NCBI GenBank assembly: GCA_963819655.1
Contig: CAWFXA010000003.1
Location: 672,001-736,000 of the forward strand
Source: an uncultured Chloroflexia bacterium
Lineage (GTDB): Bacteria; Chloroflexota; Limnocylindria; Limnocylindrales; CSP1-4
DNA length: 64,000 nucleotides
Direction of reading: 5' to 3'
In this document: positions 48,831 to 58,443 of the stretch, one piece after another
Layout: each line of letters begins with the position of its first letter
How positions within the stretch are numbered: the first letter of the stretch is position 1
Notes under the pieces: model-generated
The model's database searches: none
Seen by the model: the letters and a program-made list of their open reading frames with translations, nothing else
What the model was told of the DNA's origin: nothing
Program-made: the position numbers and the translations under genes

Positions 48831-49277
48831 CTACCGCTCGGCGGTATCGAGCCAGATCGTGAACGGGCCGTCGTTCACGAGCTCGAGCGCCATCTCGGCA
48901 CCGAAGCGGCCGGTTCCGACGCGCACGTCGTGTTCCCGCAACGCGGCCGCGAACCTCTCGTAGAGGCGCTCGGCGTGCTCCGGCGCGGCGGCCTGGGTGA
49001 ACCCCGGCCGGCGGCCACGACTCGTGTCGGCGAACAACGTGAACTGCGACACGACCAGGGCCTCACCGCGGACGTCGATCAGCGACCGATTGGTCCGCCC
49101 CTCCTCGTCGCGGAAGATCCGCAGCTCGGTGACGCGCCGTGCCAGGGCATCGGCGATCGCCGGATCGTCCTCGTGCGAGACCCCTACCAGGATCGCCAGA
49201 CCCGGCCCGATCGACGCAAGCACCTCGTCGCCGACCCGCACCGACGCTCCCGACACCCGCTGGAGGAGGGCGCGCAC
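48831..49277 (-). CDS. dtd: D-aminoacyl-tRNA deacylase
   Basis: ALLQRV..ASV, LRIF.D, VSQFTL and NDGPFT. Confidence 0.95.
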   Translation of the reverse strand: MRALLQRVSGASVRVGDEVLASIGPGLAILVGVSHEDDPAIADALARRVTELRIFRDEEGRTNRSLIDVRGEALVVSQFTLFADTSRGRRPGFTQAAAPEHAERLYERFAAALREHDVRVGTGRFGAEMALELVNDGPFTIWLDTAER

Positions 49278-49281
49278 GCCG

Positions 49282-50250
49282 TCAGGCCTTGGCCGCGAAC
49301 GACGCGCGCCACGCGTCCGCCTCAGCCATGAGGTCGTCGCGGGTCGGTCCGTGGTGCTCGATGACGTGCCGTTCGACCGCGGCTGGGATCAGCAGGTCGT
49401 AATCGCGGACGCCGTCCGGGTTGATCTGGCCGTCGCCGCGCAGCATCATCACCGGGATCCCGGTCCCCTCGATCTCGTCCATCAGGCGATGGGCGAGGTG
49501 CTTGGGCAGCGACGCGAAGCGCGTCATCCGGTCGGCCGGGATAGGCGGATCGCCGCCGTTCGGGCCGTACTGGAAGCCCTCGTCGGCGAGGGCCCGGATC
49601 AGCCGCACCTCGCGGCCCATGTCGCGGCCCCGGACGAACAGCGCAGACCCGACGACGAACACGTCGACGCCGTGCGACCCGGCGAACTCGGCCGTCTCAC
49701 GGTTGACACCGCCATCGACGTGGATCTCGCCGCCGTACAGCTTGCTCCGCAGCACATGACGCGCACCCGGCGCCTTGGCGGCGAGGACGTCGGCCATGAA
49801 CAGCTGCCCGCCAAAGCCCGGCTCGACGGTCATGATCAGCACGATGTCGAGCAGCTCGGCGTACGGCTCGAGGGCCTCGATCGGGGTCCCGGGCCGGACC
49901 GACAGGCCGGCAGCAAGGCCGGCGTCTCGGATCGCGACAAGGGTGGGTTCGATCGGTTCCTCGATCTCGACGTGGAACGTGATCGAGTCGCAGCCGGCGT
50001 CGATGAACTGGTCGATGTACCGGCTCGGCTCGCTGATCATGAGGTGGGCGTCGAAGGGCACGGTCGTGCGCGGGCGGAGCGCCTTGACGGTCCTCGGTCC
50101 GAACGTGATGTTCGGGACGAAGTGGCCGTCCATCACGTCGAGGTGAACCCGATCGACCCCGGCGGCGACGACCCTCCGCAGCGCGTTCGCGAGGTTGCCG
50201 AGATCGGCGTCGAGGATGCTCGCGGCGATGCGCGCCCGGCCGTCTCCCAT
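49282..50250 (-). CDS. rpe: Ribulose-phosphate 3-epimerase with ~100-aa C-terminal extension
   Basis: HLDVMDGHFVPNITFG, DAHLMI, MTVEPGFGGQ, VDGG and VGSALF. Confidence 0.93.
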   Translation of the reverse strand: MGDGRARIAASILDADLGNLANALRRVVAAGVDRVHLDVMDGHFVPNITFGPRTVKALRPRTTVPFDAHLMISEPSRYIDQFIDAGCDSITFHVEIEEPIEPTLVAIRDAGLAAGLSVRPGTPIEALEPYAELLDIVLIMTVEPGFGGQLFMADVLAAKAPGARHVLRSKLYGGEIHVDGGVNRETAEFAGSHGVDVFVVGSALFVRGRDMGREVRLIRALADEGFQYGPNGGDPPIPADRMTRFASLPKHLAHRLMDEIEGTGIPVMMLRGDGQINPDGVRDYDLLIPAAVERHVIEHHGPTRDDLMAEADAWRASFAAKA

Positions 50251-50252
50251 CG

Positions 50253-51434
50253 CTACTCGCCGACCCCGACCGGGACCGGTTCGTGGCTCCGCTCGCCACG
50301 GAGCGCAGCGGCGCTCTCCTCCTCGAGTCGCTCTCGACGCCGGGCCACGGCGGGAGCCGGCGGCTCACCGGCGCGCTCCGCGGCGAGCTGGCCACAGGCG
50401 GCCCCGACCTCCTGGCCCCGATTGCGCCGGATCGTGGTCGAGATCCCGGCATCGCGCAGCGTCGCGGCGAAGCGTTCGATGACCGCCATCGGGCTGGCCT
50501 GCCAGGGGGTATGGGCGACCGGGTTCATCGGGATCAGGTTGACGTGAGCGTGGTCGCCACGGAGCAGGTCGGCCATGGCTTGCGCGTCCATCTGTGTGTC
50601 GTTCACGCCGCCGATCATGGTCGTCTCGTAGGTGATCCGCCGGCCCGTCGCGGCGGCGTGGTCGCGCGCGGCGGCGACCACCTCGGCGACCGGCCAGCGC
50701 CGGTTCAGCGGCACCAGCACGTCACGCAACGCGTCGCGCGCCGCGTGCAGCGACACCGCGAGCGTGAACTGCGGGCCGAGCGCCGTCAGCCGCCGGATGC
50801 CCGGCACGACCCCCGACGTGGAGACCGTGATGTGCCGCGCACCCAGACCGAACCGCCGAGGATCGTTGAGCGCCTCGACCGCGCCCAGGACCCGGTCGAG
50901 GTTGAGCAGCGGTTCGCCCATCCCCATGAACACGATGTTGGTGAGGTGGCCGCCGTCGGCAGCCAGCCGGCGCTGCGCATGCCGCGCCTGGTCGACGATC
51001 TCGGCGACCTCGAGGTCGCGCCCGGCGCCGAGCTCGCCCGTGGCGCAGAACGGGCACCCGACGGCACAGCCGGCCTGGCTCGAGATGCACAGCGTGTGGC
51101 GTTCCCGTGACGCGCCGCGAGCCGGGTAATGCATCAGGACGGATTCGATCAGGGCGCCATCATCGAGTCGGTGGAGGGCCTTCTCGGTCGCGCCGCCGTC
51201 GGCCAGCCTTATCTCCGTGTCCGCCACCGTGTCGAGCAGGAAGTCGCGCGCCAGCGCCTCGCGCAGGGGACCCGGGAGGACCCGGATCGCGGCGGCTTCC
51301 GTCACGCCGCCGTCCTTCCAGACGGCGTCCGCGATCTGGCGGGCGCGGTACGACGGCTGGCCCTGCGCCTCGACCCACGCGGTCAGCTGCTCCGGGGTGA
51401 GACCGGAGATCCCCGGCGTCGTGGTCGTCGTCAC
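50253..51434 (-). CDS. rlmN: Radical-SAM RNA methyltransferase RlmN
   Basis: CISSQAGCAVGCPFC, FMGMGEP and AACGQL. Confidence 0.95.
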   Translation of the reverse strand: MTTTTTPGISGLTPEQLTAWVEAQGQPSYRARQIADAVWKDGGVTEAAAIRVLPGPLREALARDFLLDTVADTEIRLADGGATEKALHRLDDGALIESVLMHYPARGASRERHTLCISSQAGCAVGCPFCATGELGAGRDLEVAEIVDQARHAQRRLAADGGHLTNIVFMGMGEPLLNLDRVLGAVEALNDPRRFGLGARHITVSTSGVVPGIRRLTALGPQFTLAVSLHAARDALRDVLVPLNRRWPVAEVVAAARDHAAATGRRITYETTMIGGVNDTQMDAQAMADLLRGDHAHVNLIPMNPVAHTPWQASPMAVIERFAATLRDAGISTTIRRNRGQEVGAACGQLAAERAGEPPAPAVARRRERLEEESAAALRGERSHEPVPVGVGE

Positions 51435-52363
51435 TCGACGATGCTAGCGCCGATGATCGCCGGCCGGCCCCGGACATAGGCGTCCCACGACATGCGCGTG
51501 CCACCGGCCGGTTGGACCTCGAGCAGCCGCAGACGCCGGCCGTCGCCTGTGCCGATCCCTTCGCGGTCGAAGGCCCCGATCGGCGGACCGCCCACCGCCG
51601 GCTCCGCAGACCAGACGATGAGCCGGCCCAGCGGCGTGTCCACGAACGACCCCGGCCACGGCTGGTACGCACGGACCTGCCGCTCCAGCTCCGCGGCAGA
51701 GCGCGACACATCGAGGCGCCCGTTCTCGCGCCGCAGTGGCCTTGTCATCGTCACGCCCGCGGCGGGCTGCGGTCGCGCCTCGATCTCGCCGCGCAGCCAC
51801 CGACCGACATGCTCGCCGAGCAGGTCCGCGGCGACCTCGGCCAGCCTGGCCTCGAGCTCTGGCGCGGTCTCGCCGGCACCGAGCGGTACCACGGTCCGTG
51901 CCACGACCGGGCCGGAGTCCAGCCCCTCGTCCATGCGCATCAGCGTGACGCCGGTCTCGGTGTCGCCGGCGAGGATGGCTGCGGGGATGGGGGTGGCACC
52001 GCGATGCCGCGGCAACAGGGATGGATGGAGGTTCAGCGCTCCTCGTCCGACATCGAGCAACGCGGACGGCACGATCTGGCCGTAATCGGCCAGGACGATC
52101 AGGTCGGGGCGGAGCGCGAGCAGTGCGTCGATCGCGTCGGGCGCGCGCAACCGTTCGGGCGTCTGGACGACCCGGACCGCCGACTCGACGGCGGCGTCGT
52201 GGATCGCTGTCGAGGTCGGGCGGCCATGCCGGCCGGCCGGCCGTGGCGGTGCGGTCACCACGCCGACGAGCTCGGTGTCGTCAAGAGCAGCGAGGCGTCG
52301 CAGACTCGGGCGGCCGAACTCGCCGCTGCCGATGAAGACGGTCCGCGCCCGCCCTCCCGTCAC
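51431..52363 (-). CDS. fmt: Methionyl-tRNA formyltransferase
   Basis: VVT.P.RPAGR, NLHPSLLPRHRGATP and MDEGLDSG; GTGA overlap with def. Confidence 0.94.
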   Translation of the reverse strand: MTGGRARTVFIGSGEFGRPSLRRLAALDDTELVGVVTAPPRPAGRHGRPTSTAIHDAAVESAVRVVQTPERLRAPDAIDALLALRPDLIVLADYGQIVPSALLDVGRGALNLHPSLLPRHRGATPIPAAILAGDTETGVTLMRMDEGLDSGPVVARTVVPLGAGETAPELEARLAEVAADLLGEHVGRWLRGEIEARPQPAAGVTMTRPLRRENGRLDVSRSAAELERQVRAYQPWPGSFVDTPLGRLIVWSAEPAVGGPPIGAFDREGIGTGDGRRLRLLEVQPAGGTRMSWDAYVRGRPAIIGASIVE

Positions 52364-52881
52364 GCCAGGGCGCTCGTCGCCTCGCGGATCTCGGCGTCCT
52401 CCTCGGCATCCTCGCCCTGGCCGACCGGGATCAGCTCGTCCATCGACTCGAGGTAATCGATATACAGCTTGCCGTCGAGGTGGTCGAGCTCGTGCTGGAG
52501 CGCCCGTCCGAGCAGGCCGCCCCCGGCGACCTTGAACTTCTTGCCTTGCCGATCCTGCGCGACCACCCAGACCTTCTCGTGACGCGTCACGTAGGCGACG
52601 TAGCCCGGGATCGACAGGCAACCTTCGAGATCGCGATCGTCGCCGCTCGCGCGGACGATGCGCGGGTTCACCAGCTCGTAGAGGTGGTTCTCGACCTCGA
52701 TGACGCAGGCCTGCATCGCCTCGCCGAGCTGAGGCGCGGCCAGGCCCACCCCCGGCGCGTCGCGCATGGTGTGCGCGAGGTCGTCGAGCAGCTCATGCAG
52801 GTACTTCCCGAAGGCGTCGACCGGCTTGCCCTTCAGGCGCAGCCGGGGATCGCCGAGCATGACGATGGGTCGGACGGACAT
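52360..52881 (-). CDS. def: Peptide deformylase
   Basis: GVGLAAPQ, EGCLS and QHELDHL. Confidence 0.96.
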   Translation of the reverse strand: MSVRPIVMLGDPRLRLKGKPVDAFGKYLHELLDDLAHTMRDAPGVGLAAPQLGEAMQACVIEVENHLYELVNPRIVRASGDDRDLEGCLSIPGYVAYVTRHEKVWVVAQDRQGKKFKVAGGGLLGRALQHELDHLDGKLYIDYLESMDELIPVGQGEDAEEDAEIREATSALA

Positions 52882-52924
52882 CGCCGCGAAGTATATGGGC
52901 GACCGGCCTCTGGGGCCGGGCGTG

Positions 52925-53356
52925 TCAGAGCGGCGGGTTCCCCTCGGTTGTGTCCTTCGCGGCATCCTTCGTCGCGTCGCTCGCCTTCTTGCCGGCGTCG
53001 CCGACCTGCTCGCGGATATCGGCCGCCCAGCTGCGCGACTTCTCGGCGAGCTTGCCGCTGGCCTCGGCGGTTACCTCGCCGGCCTTCTGGACCACGGGAG
53101 CGGCCTTGTCGGCCGCGACCGCGACGAGCTCGGCGGCCTTCGCGGAGAACTCTCGAACGGTGGGTGCGGCCTTCTCGGCGAAGTCCTCGACCACGTCGCG
53201 GATCTGCTCGAATACCTCGCTGGCCTTTGCGGAGGCGTCGGCGGCTGTGTCCTTAGCCGTGTCCTTGGCCGTCTCGGGACCTGTTTGGCCGGTGAAGCCG
53301 GCGTCGCGCGGCCCCTCGGCGGGTTCGTCGTGTGCTGGATTGAGCGGGTCGGTCAT
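52925..53356 (-). CDS. Hypothetical Ala/Lys/Glu-rich helical protein (LEA/apolipoprotein-like)
   Basis: Quasi-repeats (TAKD x2, KAAP x2); GAGGAG upstream of the ATG. Confidence 0.7.
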   Translation of the reverse strand: MTDPLNPAHDEPAEGPRDAGFTGQTGPETAKDTAKDTAADASAKASEVFEQIRDVVEDFAEKAAPTVREFSAKAAELVAVAADKAAPVVQKAGEVTAEASGKLAEKSRSWAADIREQVGDAGKKASDATKDAAKDTTEGNPPL

Positions 53357-53477
53357 GGCGTGCGTCTCCTCATCGTGGGGAGCGCATCCTCGCACGAACC
53401 AGGCTGAAAGGCACGGGGTCCGATGGTCCCGGGCGTATCATCGGCAGATCAGACGCGCGCTCAGATGGAGGATCGAG

Positions 53478-53729
53478 ATGACGGCTGCGGAATGGACGTT
53501 CGCGGAGCTCGAACCCGCGCAGGTCGATCTCATCCATGAGGCGGAGCGGACGCTCGGTACCGACGTGGTGATGGCCTACACCCCGAGTCGCTGGGGGACA
53601 GTCGACCCGGACGCCATCGGCGATGGCCTGACCCCGGTCGAGCTCGAGGCAAGCCAGCTTGAGTACCTGCAGGGGCTCGAACGGATGGTCGGTGGTGTTC
53701 TCGTGGCATACCGCCTGAAGGTCGACTGA
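53478..53729 (+). CDS. Small hypothetical protein made of two internal repeats
   Basis: GGAGG SD and TATCAT -10 at 53436; repeats AELEPAQ...ERTLG..VVMAY and VELEASQ...ERMVG.VLVAY. Confidence 0.7.
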   Translation: MTAAEWTFAELEPAQVDLIHEAERTLGTDVVMAYTPSRWGTVDPDAIGDGLTPVELEASQLEYLQGLERMVGGVLVAYRLKVD

Positions 53730-53739
53730 GACCGTCCGT

Positions 53740-56238
53740 TCAGAGCAGCGATTCCGGGTCCACATCGATGGACCACGGCGGTCCCGGGTCGGCACCGAGG
53801 ACGCCGCGGGGATCCTCGCCGCGCAGGATCACGTGGTATCGCCAGCGATCGTTGCGTCGCGCGATATAGGCGGGCGCGGGCCCGATGACCGTCGTTCCCC
53901 CGCCGGCGGCACGCTCGCGCAGCCGGTCGGCCATGGCGCCAGCCTCGCGCTCCGCCGCCTCCCGCTCCGGGAGCGCGACGGTGAGCTTCACGAGCGACCC
54001 GAACGGCGGTGACCCGAACCGCCGCCGCAGCACGAGCTCGTCCGTGTAGAACGTGTCACCGTCGCCGGCGGCCACGGCCCGGATGACCGCGTGCTCCGGC
54101 TGGTACGTCTGCAGGATCGCGCGGCCCGGGCGCCCCCCGCGCCCGGCACGTCCGACCGCCTGGCTCAGGAGCTGGTATGTCCGCTCAGCGGCGCGTTCGT
54201 CGGGGAGGTTCAGCGCGACATCGGAGGACACGACACCGACCAACGTCACGTTCGGCACGTCCAGGCCCTTGGCGACGAGGCTCGTGCCGACAAGTACGTC
54301 GACCCCGCCGCTCGTGAAGGCGTCGATCACCCTCTCGGCCGCACCGCGGCGGTCGACGACGTCGCGATCGAGGCGCGCCACCCGGAGCCTGGGATGCGCC
54401 TCGCGAACCTCCCGCTCGACCCGCTCCGTGCCACCGCCGAGATAGCGGATCCGGGGCGACCGACAGTTCGGGCAACGCGTCGCGAGCGGCGTCGCGCGGC
54501 CGCAGTGGTGGCAGCGCAGCGTGGTCCCGGCCTGGTGGTAGACCAGCGGACGCTCGCAGTCCGGGCAGGCCTGGACGTGGCCGCAATCCCGGCACAGGAC
54601 GACCGAGGCGGTCCCGCGTCGATTGAGGACCATGATCGCCTGGTCGCCGGCTGCGGTGTCGAGGGTAGCCAGTGCCTCGTCGAGAGCCCGAGACAGGAGG
54701 CCGCGGTTGCCCTCGCCCAGCTCGGCCCGCATGTCGACGACATCGATCGCCGGTGGACGTCCGGTCGGTCGGGTCGGCAGGACCACCCGGTCGTATCGAC
54801 CGTCGAGCGCGCGACCGAGGCTCTCGACCGCCGGCGTCGCCGAGCCGAGGATGACCGCCGCGCCCGCGAGCTCCGCCAGGCGGATCGCCGCATCACGCGC
54901 CTGGAGCCGGGGCGTTCGGTCGCTCTTGTAGGCGGGATCGTGCTCCTCGTCGACGATGACGACGCCGATGTCGGCGAGTGGCGCGACGACCGCCAGTCGC
55001 GTCCCGACGACGATGTCGACGTCGCCGGCACGGATCCGGCGCCACTCGTCGGCCCGCTCGCCGTCGCCGAGGCCGGAGTGGATGAGCGCGATCCGCGCCT
55101 CGAGGTCGGCCCGGAGGCGATCGACCAGTGGCAGGGCCATCGCGATCTCCGGGACGAGGACGAGCGCCGCCCGGCCCTCCCCCAATGCTGCCGCGATGGC
55201 TTCGACGTAGATCGCCGTCTTGCCGCCGCCGGTCACGCCGTCGAGCAGGAGTGGGCGCGGATCTCGGCCGCGGATCGCCTCCTCTGCCCGCGCGACCGCG
55301 CTCGCTTGCTCCGGCGAGAGATCGGACGCCGGCGGTCGGCCACCGCGCCGACCGGGGGTTCGTGCGGCGAGCGGTCGACGCGGCCGTTCGCGCGTCTCGG
55401 CCTCGGCGAAACCACGCCGGACGAGCGACGCGACCGATGACGTGCCGTGTCGGCCGGCGAGCTCCGGGCCGGCGACCCCTGCGGGAGCGGCGGCGAGCTC
55501 CTCGAGGGCGGCTGTCTGCCTGGGTCCCAGCGGCCGGCCCGGCGGTCGCTCGCCGGTCGCCAGCGCCGTGGCCGCGGCCAGCCCTGCCTCGGTCGGCCGA
55601 ACCCAGCGCTCGTAGCGCGGGCCGGCCGATGCTCCGAGCAGCGTCCAGTCGAGGGTGACCAGCCCGCGGTCGGCCAGGGCGCGGAGCCGGCGGAGAAGAC
55701 CGGCGCGCCCGTCGGGTGCTGCGAGATCGCGTGCCGGGCGTGCTCCCGCCTCCACCTGGTCGAGCAGGTCGGCGTCGACCGCGTCGAGGCTCTCATCACC
55801 CGCCGCGACCGGCGTCGGCGTCCGTTCCGCGACGAGCTCCAGCCGCTCGAGCAGGCCGGGCGGCAGCATCGCCCGGATCACCAGCGCAGGCGGCGCGAGG
55901 TAGTGCTCAGCGATCCAGCGCGCGAGCGCCAGGGATAAACCCGGCAGCAGCGGCCCGTCGGCCCGGACGCGATCGACGATCGGCTTGGCCACGACGCCAT
56001 CGGTCGCGGTCGACGCGCCGAGCACGATCCCGAGTGCCTGTCGCCGCCCGAACTCGACGAGCACGGCCTCGCCATCGAGCAGGTCGGCAAGGGCGTCCGG
56101 GACGGCGTAGGTGTACGGCCGTGCTCCCCCGGCGCCGGCCGCGTCGACCGCGACGTCGACGAGACGACGGTCACCCCGGCCCGGACCTGCGGTCACCGCC
56201 TCGCCCGTCCCGTGCTCGGGCCCGAGCCCGAGGGTCAT
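53740..56238 (-). CDS. priA: Primosomal protein N' (replication restart helicase)
   Basis: GVTGGGKT, DEEH, GSATP, CxxC-CxxC-CxxC-CxxC zinc module and Q..GRAGR. Confidence 0.96.
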   Translation of the reverse strand: MTLGLGPEHGTGEAVTAGPGRGDRRLVDVAVDAAGAGGARPYTYAVPDALADLLDGEAVLVEFGRRQALGIVLGASTATDGVVAKPIVDRVRADGPLLPGLSLALARWIAEHYLAPPALVIRAMLPPGLLERLELVAERTPTPVAAGDESLDAVDADLLDQVEAGARPARDLAAPDGRAGLLRRLRALADRGLVTLDWTLLGASAGPRYERWVRPTEAGLAAATALATGERPPGRPLGPRQTAALEELAAAPAGVAGPELAGRHGTSSVASLVRRGFAEAETRERPRRPLAARTPGRRGGRPPASDLSPEQASAVARAEEAIRGRDPRPLLLDGVTGGGKTAIYVEAIAAALGEGRAALVLVPEIAMALPLVDRLRADLEARIALIHSGLGDGERADEWRRIRAGDVDIVVGTRLAVVAPLADIGVVIVDEEHDPAYKSDRTPRLQARDAAIRLAELAGAAVILGSATPAVESLGRALDGRYDRVVLPTRPTGRPPAIDVVDMRAELGEGNRGLLSRALDEALATLDTAAGDQAIMVLNRRGTASVVLCRDCGHVQACPDCERPLVYHQAGTTLRCHHCGRATPLATRCPNCRSPRIRYLGGGTERVEREVREAHPRLRVARLDRDVVDRRGAAERVIDAFTSGGVDVLVGTSLVAKGLDVPNVTLVGVVSSDVALNLPDERAAERTYQLLSQAVGRAGRGGRPGRAILQTYQPEHAVIRAVAAGDGDTFYTDELVLRRRFGSPPFGSLVKLTVALPEREAAEREAGAMADRLRERAAGGGTTVIGPAPAYIARRNDRWRYHVILRGEDPRGVLGADPGPPWSIDVDPESLL

Positions 56239-56244
56239 GCCGGC

Positions 56245-56964
56245 CTAGACGCGGACCCGCCGGCCCGCGTGCGCCGCCCGCTCCGTGGCGATGATCGCCT
56301 CGATCTCGTCGGCCGTGCGGCTGACCTGGCCGGTCTCGTTGACGACGACGTGGTCGTAGTCGTCCTGGCGAGCCAGCTCGATGGCCGCGTCGCGCTGGCG
56401 GATCTCGAGCTCGTCCGCATTCTCGGTCGCCCGGGCTCGCAGGCGTGCGAACAGGGTCTCCTGCGAGGGCGGGATCACGAAGATCAGGAGTGCCTCGGAG
56501 ACCTGCTCCTTGACCTTCTGCGCGCCCTGGACGTCGATCTTAAGGATCACATCCTTCCCGCCCAGCAGTGCCTCTCGGACCTGATCGCGCGGCGAGCCGT
56601 ACCAGTTGCCATGCACCTCGTTCGATTCGAGGAACCCACGGGCTCTCCAGATCCGCAGGAACTCTTCGCGAGTCACGAAGTGGTAATCGACCGTATCGAC
56701 CTCGCCATCCCGCGGCGCCCGAGTCGTCATCGTCACGACGTAGTGCCGCGCGCCATCGCGACCCGCCGCGGCTTCCCGGCGGCGCATCTCGTCGATGATC
56801 GTGTCCTTCCCCACCCCCGACGGCCCCGAGATGATGACCAGGATCGCGCCCGGAGCGCCCTCGATCGTGTAGTCCGGACGGCCCGGATCGTCCGAGATCC
56901 GGGTCGGCTCGACGAGCCGATCCAGCGCATCCTCGAGACCGGGCGCGTCGCGGCGCTCTGTCAC
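56245..56964 (-). CDS. gmk: Guanylate kinase
   Basis: SGPSGVGK, TTRAPR.GE, DYHFV, YGSP and IDVQGA; GTGA overlap with the upstream gene. Confidence 0.95.
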   Translation of the reverse strand: MTERRDAPGLEDALDRLVEPTRISDDPGRPDYTIEGAPGAILVIISGPSGVGKDTIIDEMRRREAAAGRDGARHYVVTMTTRAPRDGEVDTVDYHFVTREEFLRIWRARGFLESNEVHGNWYGSPRDQVREALLGGKDVILKIDVQGAQKVKEQVSEALLIFVIPPSQETLFARLRARATENADELEIRQRDAAIELARQDDYDHVVVNETGQVSRTADEIEAIIATERAAHAGRRVRV

Positions 56965-57920
56965 CGCCCCGCCTCCGCGTGTCGCAGGCCGTCGAGGACC
57001 GCCTCGAGCTCCCCGGGGAGTGGCGCGGTGGCGCGGATGAGGTGCCCATCCCCGGGCGCCGCGAGCTCGAGTCGCCAGGCGTGGAGGAACAGCCGGTCGA
57101 GCCCGTCGGGGCCGCGCCGCGACGTTCCCGTCCCATACACGGGATCGCCGGCCACGGGATGACCGATGCCGTCGAGGTGGACGCGGATCTGGTGGGTCCG
57201 CCCCGTGACGAGGTCCAGCTCGAGGAGCGTCCAACCGGCGAAGCGCTCGCGGACGCGATAGCCGGTCACCGACGGCCGTCCGTCCGGCACGACCGCCATC
57301 CGCGTCCGGTGCTTCGGATCGCGCCCGATCGGCGCCTCGATCCGGCCGACGGCAGCAGCCACGCTGCCTGCCACGAGCGCCAGGTAGGTCTTGCGGATGC
57401 GGCGCGCCTTGAGCTGGGCCATGAGCGACTGTTGGGCCGCATCGTGCTTGGCGACCATGATGAGCCCGCTCGTGTCGCGGTCGAGCCGGTGCACGATGCC
57501 CGGCCGCGCGACCCCGGCGATGCCGCCGTACTCCGATCCACCCGCGCGTGCCAGCAGCGCGTTCACGAGCGTGTCGCCGTCGTGATGGCCAGGCGATGGA
57601 TGCACGACGAGGCCCGCCGGCTTGTCCACGATCAGGAGGTCGTCGTCCTCGTAGACGATCCGGATGGGGATATCCGGAGCGGGCGCGAGATCGAGCGCCA
57701 CGGGTTCCGGGACGTCCAGACGCACCTCGGACCCAGGCGCCACGAGCGCGTTGGCCCGCACCGCGACCCCGTCGACGGTCAGCCGGCCAGCTGAGATCAG
57801 CTTCTGCACGTGGCTGCGCGACAGACCCGTCGCGTCGGCGACGAACCGGTCGATCCGCCCGGCCGTCCCGTCCGGAACGCGCACGGTGCGGACGCCGGCG
57901 GCGACCGGCGCCTCAGGCAT
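56961..57920 (-). CDS. rluD: RluA/RluD-family pseudouridine synthase
   Basis: S4 domain, DKPAGLVVHP, HRLDRDTSG and TGRTHQIRVH; follows lspA. Confidence 0.9.
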   Translation of the reverse strand: MPEAPVAAGVRTVRVPDGTAGRIDRFVADATGLSRSHVQKLISAGRLTVDGVAVRANALVAPGSEVRLDVPEPVALDLAPAPDIPIRIVYEDDDLLIVDKPAGLVVHPSPGHHDGDTLVNALLARAGGSEYGGIAGVARPGIVHRLDRDTSGLIMVAKHDAAQQSLMAQLKARRIRKTYLALVAGSVAAAVGRIEAPIGRDPKHRTRMAVVPDGRPSVTGYRVRERFAGWTLLELDLVTGRTHQIRVHLDGIGHPVAGDPVYGTGTSRRGPDGLDRLFLHAWRLELAAPGDGHLIRATAPLPGELEAVLDGLRHAEAGR

Positions 57921-58443
57921 GCGGCGACTCCGGCGTGGGCCGCGCCCGGTCGACGACGAACGTGCTCAGCAGGAGCAGCAGGATCGCGCCGCTGATCGCC
58001 GCGTCGGCCACATTGAACGTGTACCAGCGCAGCGTCCCGATCCCGAGGTCGACGAAGTCGACGACGTAGCCCATCCGGAACCGGTCGGCCATGTTGCCGA
58101 GCGCGCCTCCCAGCAGCAGCCCCAGGGCGACCGACAGGAGCGTGTTCCGACCGGACGAGCGGTGGAACCAGATGATCGCCCCGACGACCCCGACCGACAC
58201 GATCGCGAACACGATCGCCTGGTCACGGAACAGGCCGAACAGCGCGCCGTTGTTCTGCGAATGGACCAGCCGGACGTAGTCGCCGAGGACATCGACACGC
58301 TGGCCCGGCGCCAGGAACGACACGAGCCACGCCTTGCTGATCTGATCGGCAACGAAGACGACCGCCGCGAGGCCGAAGAAGATCGGCCAGCGTGCTCGGC
58401 CGCGGGCCGCCGGGCGCGTTGCCGACGCAGTCGTCGCCGTCAA
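57913..58443 (-). CDS. lspA: Lipoprotein signal peptidase
   Basis: DQISK, N.GA.FG, GGALGN..DR, VVDF and FNVAD. Confidence 0.95.
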   Translation of the reverse strand: MTATTASATRPAARGRARWPIFFGLAAVVFVADQISKAWLVSFLAPGQRVDVLGDYVRLVHSQNNGALFGLFRDQAIVFAIVSVGVVGAIIWFHRSSGRNTLLSVALGLLLGGALGNMADRFRMGYVVDFVDLGIGTLRWYTFNVADAAISGAILLLLLSTFVVDRARPTPESPHA

